DNA of 63,889 nucleotides, filler included, from Kipferlia bialata (taxonomy: Eukaryota): NCBI GenBank assembly GCA_003568945.1. It is 6 parts of 6 records of this genome, joined end to end, with 100 filler letters (N's around TTAATTAATTAA, not from the genome) between each part and the next. Parts side by side here need not be neighbours in the genome. Positions count along the whole stretch, not along the records: positions 14,032 to 27,959 come from BDIP01000882.1; 5 more parts are not named here. One strand, given 5' to 3'. The notes below the pieces were generated by a model that saw only the letters and a program-made list of their open reading frames with translations, ran no database searches and was not told the DNA's origin. Numbering within the stretch: the first letter of the stretch is position 1; each line of letters opens with the position of its first letter. Made by a program: the position numbers and the translations under genes. Positions 13,932 to 26,814 of this stretch are shown one piece after another.

Positions 13932-14031
13932 NNNNNNNNNNNNNNNNNNNNNNNNNNNNNNNNNNNNNNNNNNNNTTAATTAATTAANNNNNNNNNNNNN
14001 NNNNNNNNNNNNNNNNNNNNNNNNNNNNNNN
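13932..14031. other. Artificial contig spacer (N44-TTAATTAATTAA-N44); the same spacer occurs at 27960-28059, 41988-42087, 56014-56113 and 60139-60238
   Basis: Identical 100-nt N runs with a six-frame-stop linker. Confidence 0.95.
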
Positions 14032-14084
14032 TCGCGACCCTCTGCTTATGAGACAAATGCTCTAACCAACTGAGCTACGGTGAC
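14032..14084 (-). tRNA. tRNA-Met (CAT), probably elongator; 3' end cut off by the contig edge
   Basis: The minus strand reads GTCACCGTAGCTCAGTTGGTTAGAGCA TTTGT CTCATAA GCAGA GGGTCGCGA. The D-arm/A-box and an anticodon stem-loop with CAT are present; the T-arm is lost in the gap. Confidence 0.85.
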
Positions 14085-15730
14085 GTTACGGCGGAATGAC
14101 ATGTATGATTACTGGACCGTTCGGTGACGAGTTGCCACGTGGAATATGTGAAAATACTAGATCACTGCACTTAGGTAGTGCAGTGACGACTTACGCAGCT
14201 GGAAATTCTATTGTATCAGGTACATTCTTTACAGAGCTACGGTGACGTGCTCTTAAGATGCACATATAGTACTGGACCATCACAACGCGCTAGAAATACA
14301 CAAGAGACAATGCAATGACCATCAGCGAAAGGCAGCTACTGAAGCAGCATGGGATTGTCTAACAATATATATGCCGAGCTACGATGACAATCTCTAAACG
14401 ACATGTAGGATAACTGGACCAATAACATCGTCATCGTCATCGTCATCGTCTGAGCTACGGTGACATTCGTCTGTCATGACATGTAGTATTATCATAATAC
14501 TGTGTTACTGGACACTGATAATCTCTGAAAACGGACTTCCAATCGTATACTGGCCCCATACTACACTAAAGAGAGTGTTACATTCAGAGTCATCACCAAA
14601 TGTGGTGTTCTTAGTACACATATGTACAAAGAACAATGTCACATTCTCAAGAGTAGATGCAACAGACGACTGTCAGCAGCAAAACTCATATTCAGTGGTG
14701 TATTCAGTGTCAGTATTCATATACTTCATATACAGTGTCTCAGGGTGACGTGTGACTGTCACGATGATTAGGACTGACTGTAGGTGATCACTGTCAAATT
14801 GTTCAATGATCCTCAACGTGAGGGCCTGAAGTGATATTGTGACAGTTAAAGTGTATACAGCTGACTATGTACAGGGGATCACCCTGTAGCGCAGTGTATG
14901 ATGAGAGAAATCTTCCAAGGCACATGTTGAGTGATTGATGTCCTCACTAGATGAATAGTATATGTTATATAAAAAGTATCAAAATAGATGGCCTCTCAGT
15001 CTCGAAGGCCGCCTGGTTCGCACTCCGCTCTTCGAGCTCATCGATGAGCTAGTATGGACTTGTCTGATGAATAGATTCCTATCGTCATCGTCATCGTCAT
15101 CGCCATATGTGTCTGAGCTACGGTGACGTGGTCCCATGCGGTATATGTGATAATACTAGGTCAACAGGCCTTGCAACGTTGTCGTGTTTCTTCCAGGAGA
15201 TACATGCAGTGGCACAAGCCAAAACAATACGGTAAAACTTCACAAGAGACAAGGCATTGAACTTCATGAGGCAGCTACTGAAGCTGCATGTACTTGCCTG
15301 ACCAATAGATATACATATCGTCATCTTCATCGCCATCGCCATATATGTACCTGAGCTACAGTGACATGGGGGCAGCGTGATATGTAGTAGTACCGAACCA
15401 ACACAGTAACCAGAGCATGATAGAGCATGGAGGTAAACGGTGATATGCCGCATATCAGATATGCGGGTGCCACCACATATAGTACTACTGGTACTGGTAC
15501 TGATACTGGACCTTAATTTACAGGCGTGGAGCTGTCAATGTACCATATGATGTACCCAGAGGGCCAGTGGATCCAAATCCAGAGCCTTTTGGGCCAGAGG
15601 TAAAACTACACCCGAGACAGGGCAATGAACATCAGGAGAAGACAGCTACTGAAGCAGCATAACTTGACTGACCAATTAGTATACCTGTTGTCATTGTCAC
15701 CATATGTGTCTGAGCTACGTTGACGTGTTT
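14085..15730. repeat. Degenerate repeat region upstream of tRNA-Met containing copies of the tRNA 5' end
   Basis: (t)gagctacggtgac-like copies start at 14234, 14376, 14451, 15114, 15352 and 15711. A second module gagaca..gcaatga..cagctactgaagc.gcat occurs at about 14304, 15245 and 15614. Confidence 0.8.
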
Positions 15731-16404
15731 CCGAAGAGAATATATCATTGTACAAGGCACACTTGAAATTCCAGGCATTCGATTCAGACAAGGGCGAAAC
15801 AATAGCGGTAGAGCTTGTACAGACTGAGATACGATTACATGTCAACGTGTCATATACTTGATTCTTCTAGAACCGCTTACGGGATTTCTAGGCACCAGAT
15901 AGCTCGAGGACTCCATTCAGAAGCCTCAGGAAGTCTCTTTGGCTGGCTTAAAAGTGGAATTTATACACAAGCTTAACCTAAGCTGAGTGACGAGTCGTCA
16001 CTGACGAGGTTTATCGTGTATGTGGTGGTACGAAATCCGATCCCAATTCAATACTGAGCAACTCTGACGTACCAGTTAACTAATTATGTATCACTGTGAT
16101 GGAAATGAAAGTCAAAGACTGCTTGGAATTGGAATTGCATTATATACCAATACCGGTGCCGCATCACGCTACAACGTATCAACACATACAATCTATTCAT
16201 GGTTCTACTATGCTACACTACACACAACACTAATAGTATACAACCTACACACATCGATTCACACACACGTACTATAATCATACTACCCTATGGACAACAT
16301 CCACCGTCGCCCCCTCCTGTACTGCTACCTCTTCATACTATTCTAGCACCCACTATAACCGGAGCAAGCATAGTAAATGACCAGTATAACTAGCAACAGT
16401 ACTA

Positions 16405-19400
16405 CTAGTCGTCAGCCACCACCACCGGGATTGCTCTAACTGTGCTGCCAACAGGACTTGAGCTATCCCACATGTTGAGCTTGAAGATCAGTGGCTTAGT
16501 CGGTTGGCAAGCGTAGTAGCCGGGCTCTCCTTCGAGGATTCCATAGTCAAAGCTGAGCTGACCGTAGACATCAACCCACCAGGTAGCAGAGGAGTCAGTA
16601 TCGACAGTGTAGATACCCGGCCCGGAGATCCACTCGAGCTGCTCCTTCTCGCCAGAGATTGACTGCCATGTACATGACGTATCAGAAGCACCGTAGCAGC
16701 ACATGATCTCAGCCTCCAGCCCCATAGAGGTGACGCCATCGATACCCTCGTCTGCATACTCCCTTACTACACGAAGCAGAGGGTCAGTATCGTCTGTGGT
16801 CCAGGTGTCTCTACCCACAGTGGCAGAGGTGTAGCCGGGGAGGAACATGGAGGACACACTGTGTGCCTTGAGGGTACCCACATCAATCATGCTGTTACCA
16901 GCAATATCTCCAACCTCAAGGGTCATCTTGTTGAGTCCCGAACAGACAGAGTCCTTGGTGAGGGTGGCAACTGTCTCAGTCGTCTGTCCATCAACAAAGT
17001 ATGCAACAGCTAGGTCAAGACTCTCAGCTGAAGAAGCAACTGTACCATAGACAGAGAGTGTACCGGTGATTGTGACACTGGTGCTAGTAAGGGTGATATC
17101 TCCACTAGCGGACTCGAGAGTGAGTCCGCTGGCAGCAGAGAGCTTCAGGTAGTCTGCACTGTAAACGGACCAGTTCTGTGTTCTACCGTCATCAAACCTC
17201 TGGATCATCAGCGTGCTACTACTGGTGTTGTCCTTGACAAAGACTCCATCAGTAGTCAGTGACATATCATAGGTGGCACCGGTAAGTGTCAGAGTGTCAC
17301 TCGACGATACTACTGAGTCAGTGAACAGTCCAGCAGAAGTGAAACCAGCGGCAAGGTTGACGGGGCTGTTGAAGGTGATTTCGGTGAAGTCACCACTGAC
17401 CGGCAGACTGACACTGGACGTGCTCATGTTACTGACCTCCATAGTCATGGTTGTGATGCCACCGTCGGCCTGGAGGGGCAGGTCGGTGTAGATGTAGCCA
17501 CTGGAGAAGGCCATGTCGCATCCACTAGTCTGACCGTCCAAGCATATTGAGGGCGTTATGCCACCTTCTGCATATATGTTCTGCGCCTCTAGCTTGCCTG
17601 TCACAGACAATGCAGAGTCGATTGTGACATACTCTGCAGAGAGTCGGAGACCAGCAGCTACGCTATTGATATCAGTGGCCATCAACATAACGTCTATGCC
17701 AGTTGCAGATTCACTTGGCATCTCAAGGACACTGAGCTTGGCAGAGTTCGCGGTGAGTGAGAGAGAGCTTGATGTAAGAGAGAGCGACTGCCCCTTAAGA
17801 GACAGACTACTCTCAGCCTCAAGCTCGATACTCATACCAGTGACGTGTGTCGTGCCGCCAGAGGTGAGCCAGGTATCCTGACTCATACTGCCGAGGCCCA
17901 AGACTTCATAGGAAGTCACGTTCCAGGAATTGGCTGTCGTGTCCTCTAGGACTCTCAAGGCACTGCTTCCACCATGTGACAGATAGAACTCAGATGCCAC
18001 AACAGCACCGAGGTAGTACCCTCCAACCACCATAGAACCGGTGGCTAGCTCAATATCACCGGTCACAACGAGGTCACCACCAACAGAAACCTCCCCAGAG
18101 GTAAACAAGACGTCGCCACTAACACTCAACGGCGCCTCAGACACTGATGACAGGACATCTACCTGGAGTGTCTGTGCCTCCAGCAGGTTGTCAATCTTCA
18201 GATTGCCAATGTTGACAGCCGTGGTGTTAAGAGACATCACTGATGTGCCACCGGTGACAGAGAGGTCAAGAACACCCGTGGCTGCAGTGCCAGTAATGGT
18301 ATCCGTGTAGAGACTGGTAGCGTGGAGATCTGAGGCTACTGTTACGTTCAGAGAGCTGACGTAGAGACTCCGGTCATCGGCAATGTTGAGATAGGCCTCA
18401 GTCTCTCTCTGAGACTCCAGAGCCACTGTGACATTCCCACCTGCACCACCAGCAGTGAATGTAAGGGGGTAGTTGTCCGAGAAGAGGACACCTCCAGCGA
18501 GAGTGATGTCTCCCCCAAAGCGGGTGTTGTCAGCGACAGCAATCTCTTCGTTAGCAGCTATGGTGACGACGTCTCCAGCTAGGGAGATAGTGGAAGCAGA
18601 GGTCACATAAATGTCACTGGAGGAGGAGAGTCCAGAGGCGTTCACGTCCATCGTAGATCTTCCATCTGTGACAGACAGTGAATCAGCAGAGAGCTGCCCA
18701 CTGACAGCCACGTCACCTCCACACGAGAGAGACCCCTCAGTCGCACTCATGGAGTATCCAGATACATCCTCCACAGCCCTTGTCTCAATGACATCACCAC
18801 CGAACCTGAGTACAATAGTATCCAAATAGATATCCTCAACCTCAGCCTCTAGTGCAGAGAGGTATGGTACATCGATATCACTAGAGACAGTAAGGGATCC
18901 CTGGATCTCCACACTGTCCTCAGCAGCAGAGAGGAGGGGAACATACACCTCCTCGACTTCAACCTTAGTAGACATGTCAAGGCCCTTCTCAAGCACTGCG
19001 GGCTCCTCCTCTTCTTTTTCAACCAGCACCCACCCCACACTGAGTGTAGAGGTGTTGAGATCGCCATTAACATCGACTGTAGAATGCTCCACATTGAGGA
19101 GAGGCACCTCAGAGAGAAGGTCTGTAGTGTCAATGGGGATACCGGCACCGGCAGAGAGAGTGCTACTATGGAGCAGAGACGCAACCTCTACATCCCCAGA
19201 CACAACAACAGCTGTGTCGTTCAGAGACATCATAGGAGTCCGGTCCTCTGCACTCAGCGAGAAGTCAAGGCTCCTGGCACCATCGGTCCCATAGATACTC
19301 GTCATAAGAGCGTCGGTCTCCACAACAAAGTACTCATCTGCAGAGACAGTCACGTTCTCAGCAGTGAAGGACATGTTGCTATCGGCATTGAGGGAGAGGT

Positions 19401-22400
19401 CGAAATCAGCAGAAACTATGAGATCGATGGATGAGTAGACCTCCCATGCCTCTGGGTTGCGATACACATCCAGGTACTCACTACTCTCCTCCAACCATAA
19501 GGCTGCTGTGTAGATCTCATTGGCGGCGAAGTCACCATCACACACGATAGCCCCATTAGCAGCCGCAAGAGGTATTGTGTCTTCCTCCTCCTCACCCTCC
19601 GCCTTGGCAGTGAGTCTCTCTCCAGAAGAGGTGTCTCTGAAGCTGACAGAGTCAACAACAGTGACACCAGCAGAGAGTGTGCCGTTGATCTCCACAGTCT
19701 CGTCCTGTGCCACAAGAAGAGGCACATACTCTGCCTCAGTAACCTCCTCTACCTTAGTAACACTGAGGACCTCCAACTCCAGACCACCGTCACCCTCTTC
19801 AGAATCAGTCTCCTCGGTAGCTATCTGTACCCAACCCACGTTGAAGCTGGTGGCATTGAGGCACCCATTGACAATAACAGTGTCATCCAGTGCACTGAGA
19901 AGGGGGGTCACCTCTACACCCTCACCCTCAGTCACTGATGGTATCTCAGCGCTCTCAGTAATGGCCACGCCATAACCGACAGAGAGGCTCTCCACATAGA
20001 GCTCACTCTCAAACACTGCGTCACCCTCAACGACAAAGCTATCATCCGCAGATACAGTCACGTTCTCACCCGTGAGGTAGAGTACACTGTCAGAGGTTAT
20101 CTCGAGGTCTAAGGAAGACTCAAGGTACCACTGAGCCCTACCCATGTAGAGGTCGAGGTAGTCTCCATCCTCACCAGACTCCAGTGAGATCTCGTTAGAG
20201 TAGACTGTTCCGTCTACGAGGAAGTCCCCATCACAGGAGAGAGTACCATCGTCAGCATACAAAGTGGCGACTACTGGTAGCTCCTCTCCACCCTCAGCCT
20301 TAGCGCTGATGTCTTCAGAGTCCCCAGAGTACATGAAGCTGACAGAGTAGAGGTAGGTGTCCTCAGCGTAGAGAGAGCCATTGACTGACACTGTATCATC
20401 CAGAGCGGACAGGAGAGGTACATACTCGTACTGGCTGGTCTCAGTCTCTCCCTTAGTGGAGGCGAGTACAGGGGCAACCTCCGCACCCTCCACCTGCACA
20501 TACCCCACATTGAATGCTGTGGTGTTGAGACACCCGTTGACTACGACAGTGTCCTCCAATGCACTTAACAGAGGGACAGAGGTGGTCTCTAGGTCCTTTG
20601 TCACGGCAAAGACCTCAAGCATCTCATCATCTCCAGATGGAATCGGGTCTACCCCAATACCCACAGAGAGGCTGTCCATCTCTACTGATGTCGGGACATA
20701 CAGGTGGTCTGCATAGAGTTCTAACATGCTACCCTCACTGGCTGCGAGGGAAAGTGTGTCCAGACCAGATCCCTCCTCGGATGCACTTACAGAGAGAGAG
20801 AGAGAGCCTGTCACTGAGGAAAGGTCTGTGTCAATCTCGAGTACAAGTGGCTGCTCAGAGGAGTGGATCCTGCTGGTGGCCACTTCCCCTTCGACACTGG
20901 CACTACCCGTTACAGTGACCCCTCCAGAAACATCAAGACTGTCTCCAGTGAGAGAGAGATTGGGAGTCCTCTCAGAGTAGCCGTTAGTGATGGCGAATCC
21001 ATCCATAACCTCTAGTGAAGAGGCCTCAAGTGTGATATGTCCTAAGGTGCTACTGGCTAGGGTGGTGATCTCTAGACGACCCATCGAGGAGTCGGGGAGA
21101 GAGAGCAATGGCTGGTCAGTGTTGATGCTGCCATTGATTGTGAGGTCACCAGAGATGTCTAGGGTCTCCATAGAGACAGGACCAGACATTGAGATGCCAC
21201 GGTCACTGACATCGAGAACACCATCTCTCACCTGGAGTGTCTGTGCTGCCAGGTCAGCCTCTACTGTCAGAGAACCCTCAACCTCTACATCATCAGCAAA
21301 GCTCACTGAGTAGCCCACACTGCCAATAGAAACTTCAGAGGCGGACTGTCCGATCAGGATACTGCCACTGGCGTCGAGTGTAAGGTCAGTAGTAGACTGG
21401 ATGGTATCGCAAACAACATTTGACGAGAACACAGTCTCATCAGCGGTGACAGCAATGGAGCCGTCCTGAATCACCACTGAGGTAGTCCCACTGGTAAGTG
21501 ACACAGTATCTGCACTGATATTCGCAACAGTCAGCTCTGTGGCAGATAGAGTGCCACCGGAGATGGTCATATCAGTTGTGGTTATGCCATCTGGTACATT
21601 CAGGGAACCAAGTATGTCAACACTCTCTGGAGACAGTGAAAGAGACACTGACTCAACGGCGAGAGAGATCAACGCCTCAGATGCAATGGCAACACCGGCA
21701 GTGGAGATCTCAACAGTGTGAGCTGAGGGAGTGGATCCACCCTCTACAACTCTGGGGTCACTGACCCCACTGACTCCAAGGGTAAGACCATCTGCCTCTG
21801 TGCCTAGGATAGTCACAGCTGTCACCTCCCCCAGCACTTCCAGCGTGTTGGATACTAGCGTGTGACCAGCACTGTGTGACAAGGACACAACCTGAGCGTT
21901 GGATCCAACAGTCACATCTCCGTTGAATCCAGTAGCTCCCTGTCCGGCATCTAGAACAAGATCTCCACCCCTGGTACTGTCACTAGCACCACCGACCACG
22001 GTCACAGTACCACCTGCGACACCGGTACCGGCAGAGCCAGCGATGGTGATATCAGTCTGGCTGGAAGAGGATGCAGCAACAGAGAGAGTCACGGGGGTGC
22101 CCTCAGTACCAATGACCAGGTTCTGGAGCAGGTGAGTATTGCCATGGGCAATCAACAGCCCCTGGCTACTGGGGTTGATCTCCACAGCTCCCTGGGAGTC
22201 ACCTGCCGCCCGCCCGCTGTCCTCAACACCAGAGAGAGTGAGAGACCCAGGGGTATCAGAGGACCCCATAGCAGAGGCAGCACTGGCCCTAGTGATAGAG
22301 TAAGTATCAGTGGCTGTTGTGGCATCGCCAAGCACAAGGTTGGCGCCAGCGTGGGTCAGAGACGAGGCCTCGAAGGTAGTGGGGCCAGTCACAGAGACAC

Positions 22401-25400
22401 TGTTGGAGAGCAGGGAGAGGTTGTTGGACACGCCTCCAATGCTCACACTAGAGGTGGTACCAGTACCAATGTAGAGTGCAGAGCCACTGGAATCCAGAGA
22501 GAGAGCGGTGTTGGCAGTGTCAATGGAAGTGCCCACCACTAGAGGCACATTGATGGTAGCACTGCCATTGAGCAGCTCAAAGCTACCACTACCGGCCTGC
22601 AGAGTAGCGTAGTGGCCGGCAGCATCTGTATCTCCCATGGAGAGAGAGACAGTGGCGAGGGTCTGCAGTGGGGACAGCGTGTACTCGCCAGAGGTGTGGG
22701 AGAGAGACCCTGCTGCAAAGACGAACCCGTCTGAGCTGGGACCCTCGGGGTAGAGGCCGAGGGTAGGAGAGAGGGTGGAACTCGTTATGGCAGCTGCATC
22801 GGTACTATCTCCAAAGTACATGGCACCATTCGATGAGAATAGTCCATCAGAAGAGGTCAGAGAGCCCACAGTGGAGGCACCAGAGACAGAGAGAGAGCTG
22901 GGGTCAACGGGATACTAGGTAGACAGTATATATATCAGTATAGGGTGAATAGTACTGACCTCACTGTAACGGAGTCCATGACAAACTCCCCAACTGAGAG
23001 TGCACCAGTCACAGACAGATCTCCAGAGACAGAGGCATCTCCACCTGTGGTTGGTGATAGTGATTATATATATATATATATATATATAGTAACGCCTTCT
23101 TCGTTTCACCAATGAGTATATGCAATAAGTACGTTGAGGCATCTCCACCTGTGGTTAGTGAAAGTGTATGATAATACCACCCGACATATATAAGAGTGCA
23201 CTGCCATCTATATAGAGAATATGAGGCAGAGGCATCTCCACCTGTGATTAGTGGACTAAACTTCTATCTGAAAACGAAGCAATGGCTGTGATTCACTCGA
23301 CCACAGAATATGCTACCATTGAAATAGATTGGTAGTAGTATACGAGGAAGAGAGAGAGAGAGAGAGAGAAAGAGAGTACCTACTAGCAGGTCCCCATCTA
23401 ACGAGGAGTCACCACCCACAGAGAGAGAGGAAGGAACACTCTTGGACCTGAGATATTAGAAAACTACGCGCTTTCAGGATGAAGCTACACGATATCAAAA
23501 CAAAGAACAACATATCCTTCACGATGAGTAACTATACCTTGTCTGAGAGGGTGTGCCTATCTGGACAGACTGGCCAGAGGGGGCAAGGGTTACAGGGCCA
23601 CCTAGAATGAGACGGAACTATTAGTACCAGATATATGTCTGGTAAAGATACCATAGACATTTTCAATTATAGGTAGAGAATGTGTACCTAATGGGTCCAG
23701 TGTGATTCCGTTATATGCCTCTAGTACATCACGTAGGTATCAATATGCAATCATGCTAAGTTGATAATCGATACCTAGTGGATCCAGTGGGATTCCGTTG
23801 TCTGCCTCCAGTCCCTATCTATATCTATCAACATATACATACATGTATATACTCAAGAGTCGAGTAAGGATATACTAACCTAGTGGATCCAGTGTGATTC
23901 CGTTGTCTGCCTCCAGTGTGAGGTCCCCCTGTGCCTGGTTGGTGATGGTCGCAGCTGGGACAAATGTGCCTAATGGTGAGATACTAGTGGTGGTAGCAGA
24001 GAGAGCGTCAAGCAGTTAGAACACACAGTTTCGTCAAATATCACATGTCTCATCGTTTGACCCTATACGTATATATAGTGTGAATTCCTGATGACATGTG
24101 TATAGATGGCACCTGACTCATCATTGGACCCCATCTGGATGGTGCAGTGGTCATCACCATCTAGCCTGGTGTTATATGTATATAATCACTTCCTAATGGG
24201 TATATAATACTATAATAGATTATATATTGTACATTCACCTAATGTATGGTATGTTCCTTGTGTTGACAATCTCCAGAGAGGCACTGGGTATCTAGTGTAT
24301 GTATAGTATAATTCTATTAGGATTAGTATATATAGTGTGTATACCTGATGTGTGGCATGTCCCTTGTCTTGACAATCTCTAGGGAGGCACTGGGCAGAGG
24401 GGTGCCGATACCCACACACTCAGAGTCTGAAGGGTAAATATGTATAAACTACCTATGTGGATATAGGAAGAGAGATAGGGAGAGAGGGCCGATACCCACA
24501 CACTCAGAGTCTCGGCATAAGTATGTATACACTTATTACATAAGCTTAGCTAGGAGAGAGAGAAAGAAAGGGAGGGAGAGAGAGAGAGATGAAACCCACA
24601 TACTCAGAGTCTGGGCATTTGGTATGAAAACACATTCAATTCTCTATATGAGCGGTAATTATATGGAGAGGGGAATATGAACCATAATTATATAGAGAGG
24701 GGAATATGCCGGACGGGCATTGTCAGTTATATACCCGGGTGACATACTGACAATGAATACCGGTATAAAAAAGATAGTATACCTGGTATGACAGTGAGTG
24801 TTTGTTCACCTCTCCTGAAACACATAGAGAAGGACGTATAGAGTATATATTCTATATATAAATATATATATACCTGGAATGACTGTCAATGTCTGCAATC
24901 TCCACTGCCGCACTGTCATCACTGACAGCCAGAGTATATAGAATACGTATATACATATACATTAGTATATATACTATATTATATACTTATATACCTGGTA
25001 TGACCGTTAATGTCTGTGCAATCTCCACTGCCGCACTGTCATCACTGACAGCAAGGGTGTAATATACACATATATTTATATTAGTATATATACTATATTA
25101 TTTACTTATATACCTGGAATGACTGTCAATGTCTGTGCAATCTCCACTGCCGCACTGTCATCACTGACAGCCAGGGTGTAATATATACTCATATATACAC
25201 GTAAGTATATGTACAACAGTAAACTTATAGAAATATATACCTGGAATGACAGTGAGTGTCTGTGCAATCTCCACTGCCGCACTGTCATCACTGACATCCA
25301 GAGTATATATAATACATATATATACATTAGTATATATACTATATTATATACTTATATACCTGGAACAACCGTTAATGTCTGTGCAACCTCCACTGCCGCA

Positions 25401-26783
25401 CTGTCATCACTGACATCCAGTATTTTGAATACATATATATATACACTAATGTATTAGTATATATATATTGTATATATATATATACCTGGTATGACAGTGA
25501 GTGTCTGTGCAATCTCCACTGCAGCACTGTCATCACTGACAGCAAGGGTGGCCAGGACAGACGACATGGACAGAACTGCAACAGCCCCTGGTATTAGACA
25601 AATCCAAAAATAGATACACATATATATTATCATATATACTGAGACAGCAAGGGTGGACAGAAGAGACGACATGGACAGCACCGCAACTGCGCCTAGTGTA
25701 AGAGTCCGAACATACATATATATATATACTGATACTGCCACTGTACCTAGGCCAATTGAGACCACGAGCAGCACCAGTACAACTGCCAGGGTGACACACA
25801 TGCACTGCGATGTCTTGCTAGAGACATGTGAAGTGTTAGTAGGAGTGTAGGATGTGGTCTGCTTGGTGGTCTCTGGGTACTCGGGAAGAGGGGCAGCCAC
25901 ATAGACCTATTATGAGTTAGAATAGAGACTATATGAAGATAGGACGAGTCATAGTATATATATACATAGACAGTATACATATCACATACAAACCTGAGAA
26001 GGAATTAGAGATACCAGAGGCACTGTAGTGACTGGGGGCTGGGGAGGCATAGATCCAACATAGTATATATCTACCTATCTATCTATCTATCTATATATAT
26101 AGGTATGTGTGTGTATATAAATCTACCTGTGGCACTGTAGTGACTGGGGGCAGGGTGGCTGGGGAGGGCATGGGTCTGGGTCTGGACCCCTTGGCCTTGG
26201 ATCCTTGCAGTGAGTACACATCTATTCTATACAAACATATATACGTATATATATAGACATACATATACATTGGAGAACATGGACCCCTTGGCCTTGCTAC
26301 CTTGCAGTGAGTGTACACTGAATAATACACCAGGGTATATGCATATATACACACTCATATACATACATATCCTTAGGGTATGGGTCTGGGATTCTGTACA
26401 CACATATATATACCCTTCTTTCTGGCCATCGGCATGAAAATTGTAAATACTCTCAAATAGTAACGACACAATGGTATTTATGTATAAATATAAATATATA
26501 TATATATATATCCATACCCTTCTTTCTGGCCATCGGCATGGGCAGTGATGAATTCCTACAAACAATACAACTGATCACTCTTTTAGTTATACGAATAGTT
26601 ATAGCTCTAGTTCTCACCCTTCTTTCTGGCCATCGGCATCGGCCTTGGAAACAATATGAAAATAATAGACTTGCATATGAGTACAGTATCAGCATCATAT
26701 AGTACATACCCTTCTTCCTGGCCATGGGCATTGGCATGGGCATTGGGAGTGGAGATGATGCCGCTGAGAGAGGGGCCTATACC

Positions 26784-26814
<31 letters not shown>

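Noticed and set aside
13976..13987. TTAATTAATTAA as a biological motif (for example a piggyBac TTAA site)
   Set aside because: It is always centred in a 100-nt N run, so it is an artificial six-frame-stop linker.
14162..14186. Perfect 10-bp hairpin tcactgcact-taggt-agtgcagtga near the tRNA
   Set aside because: A single occurrence with no supporting context; cannot be distinguished from chance.
14085..15730. CRISPR-like array (short repeat with variable spacers)
   Set aside because: The repeats are only 13-14 nt, irregularly spaced (about 75-660 nt) and match the tRNA 5' end. The spacers share sequence, no cas genes are present, and the context is eukaryotic.
16488..22542. Numerous + strand and alternative-frame ORFs overlapping the 2154-aa ORF
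   Set aside because: These are shadow ORFs caused by codon bias of the real coding strand, with no recognisable motifs.
16405..22869. Prophage or endogenous virus insertion
   Set aside because: No capsid, integrase, polymerase or terminal repeats. The ORF is the last exon of an intron-containing host gene.
24870..25420. Dscam-like mutually exclusive exon cluster
   Set aside because: The copies cover only the 3' part of the exon, have no branch/AG in front, internal AGs shift the frame, and one copy has a 2-nt deletion. Retained instead as echoes; RNA data could overturn this.
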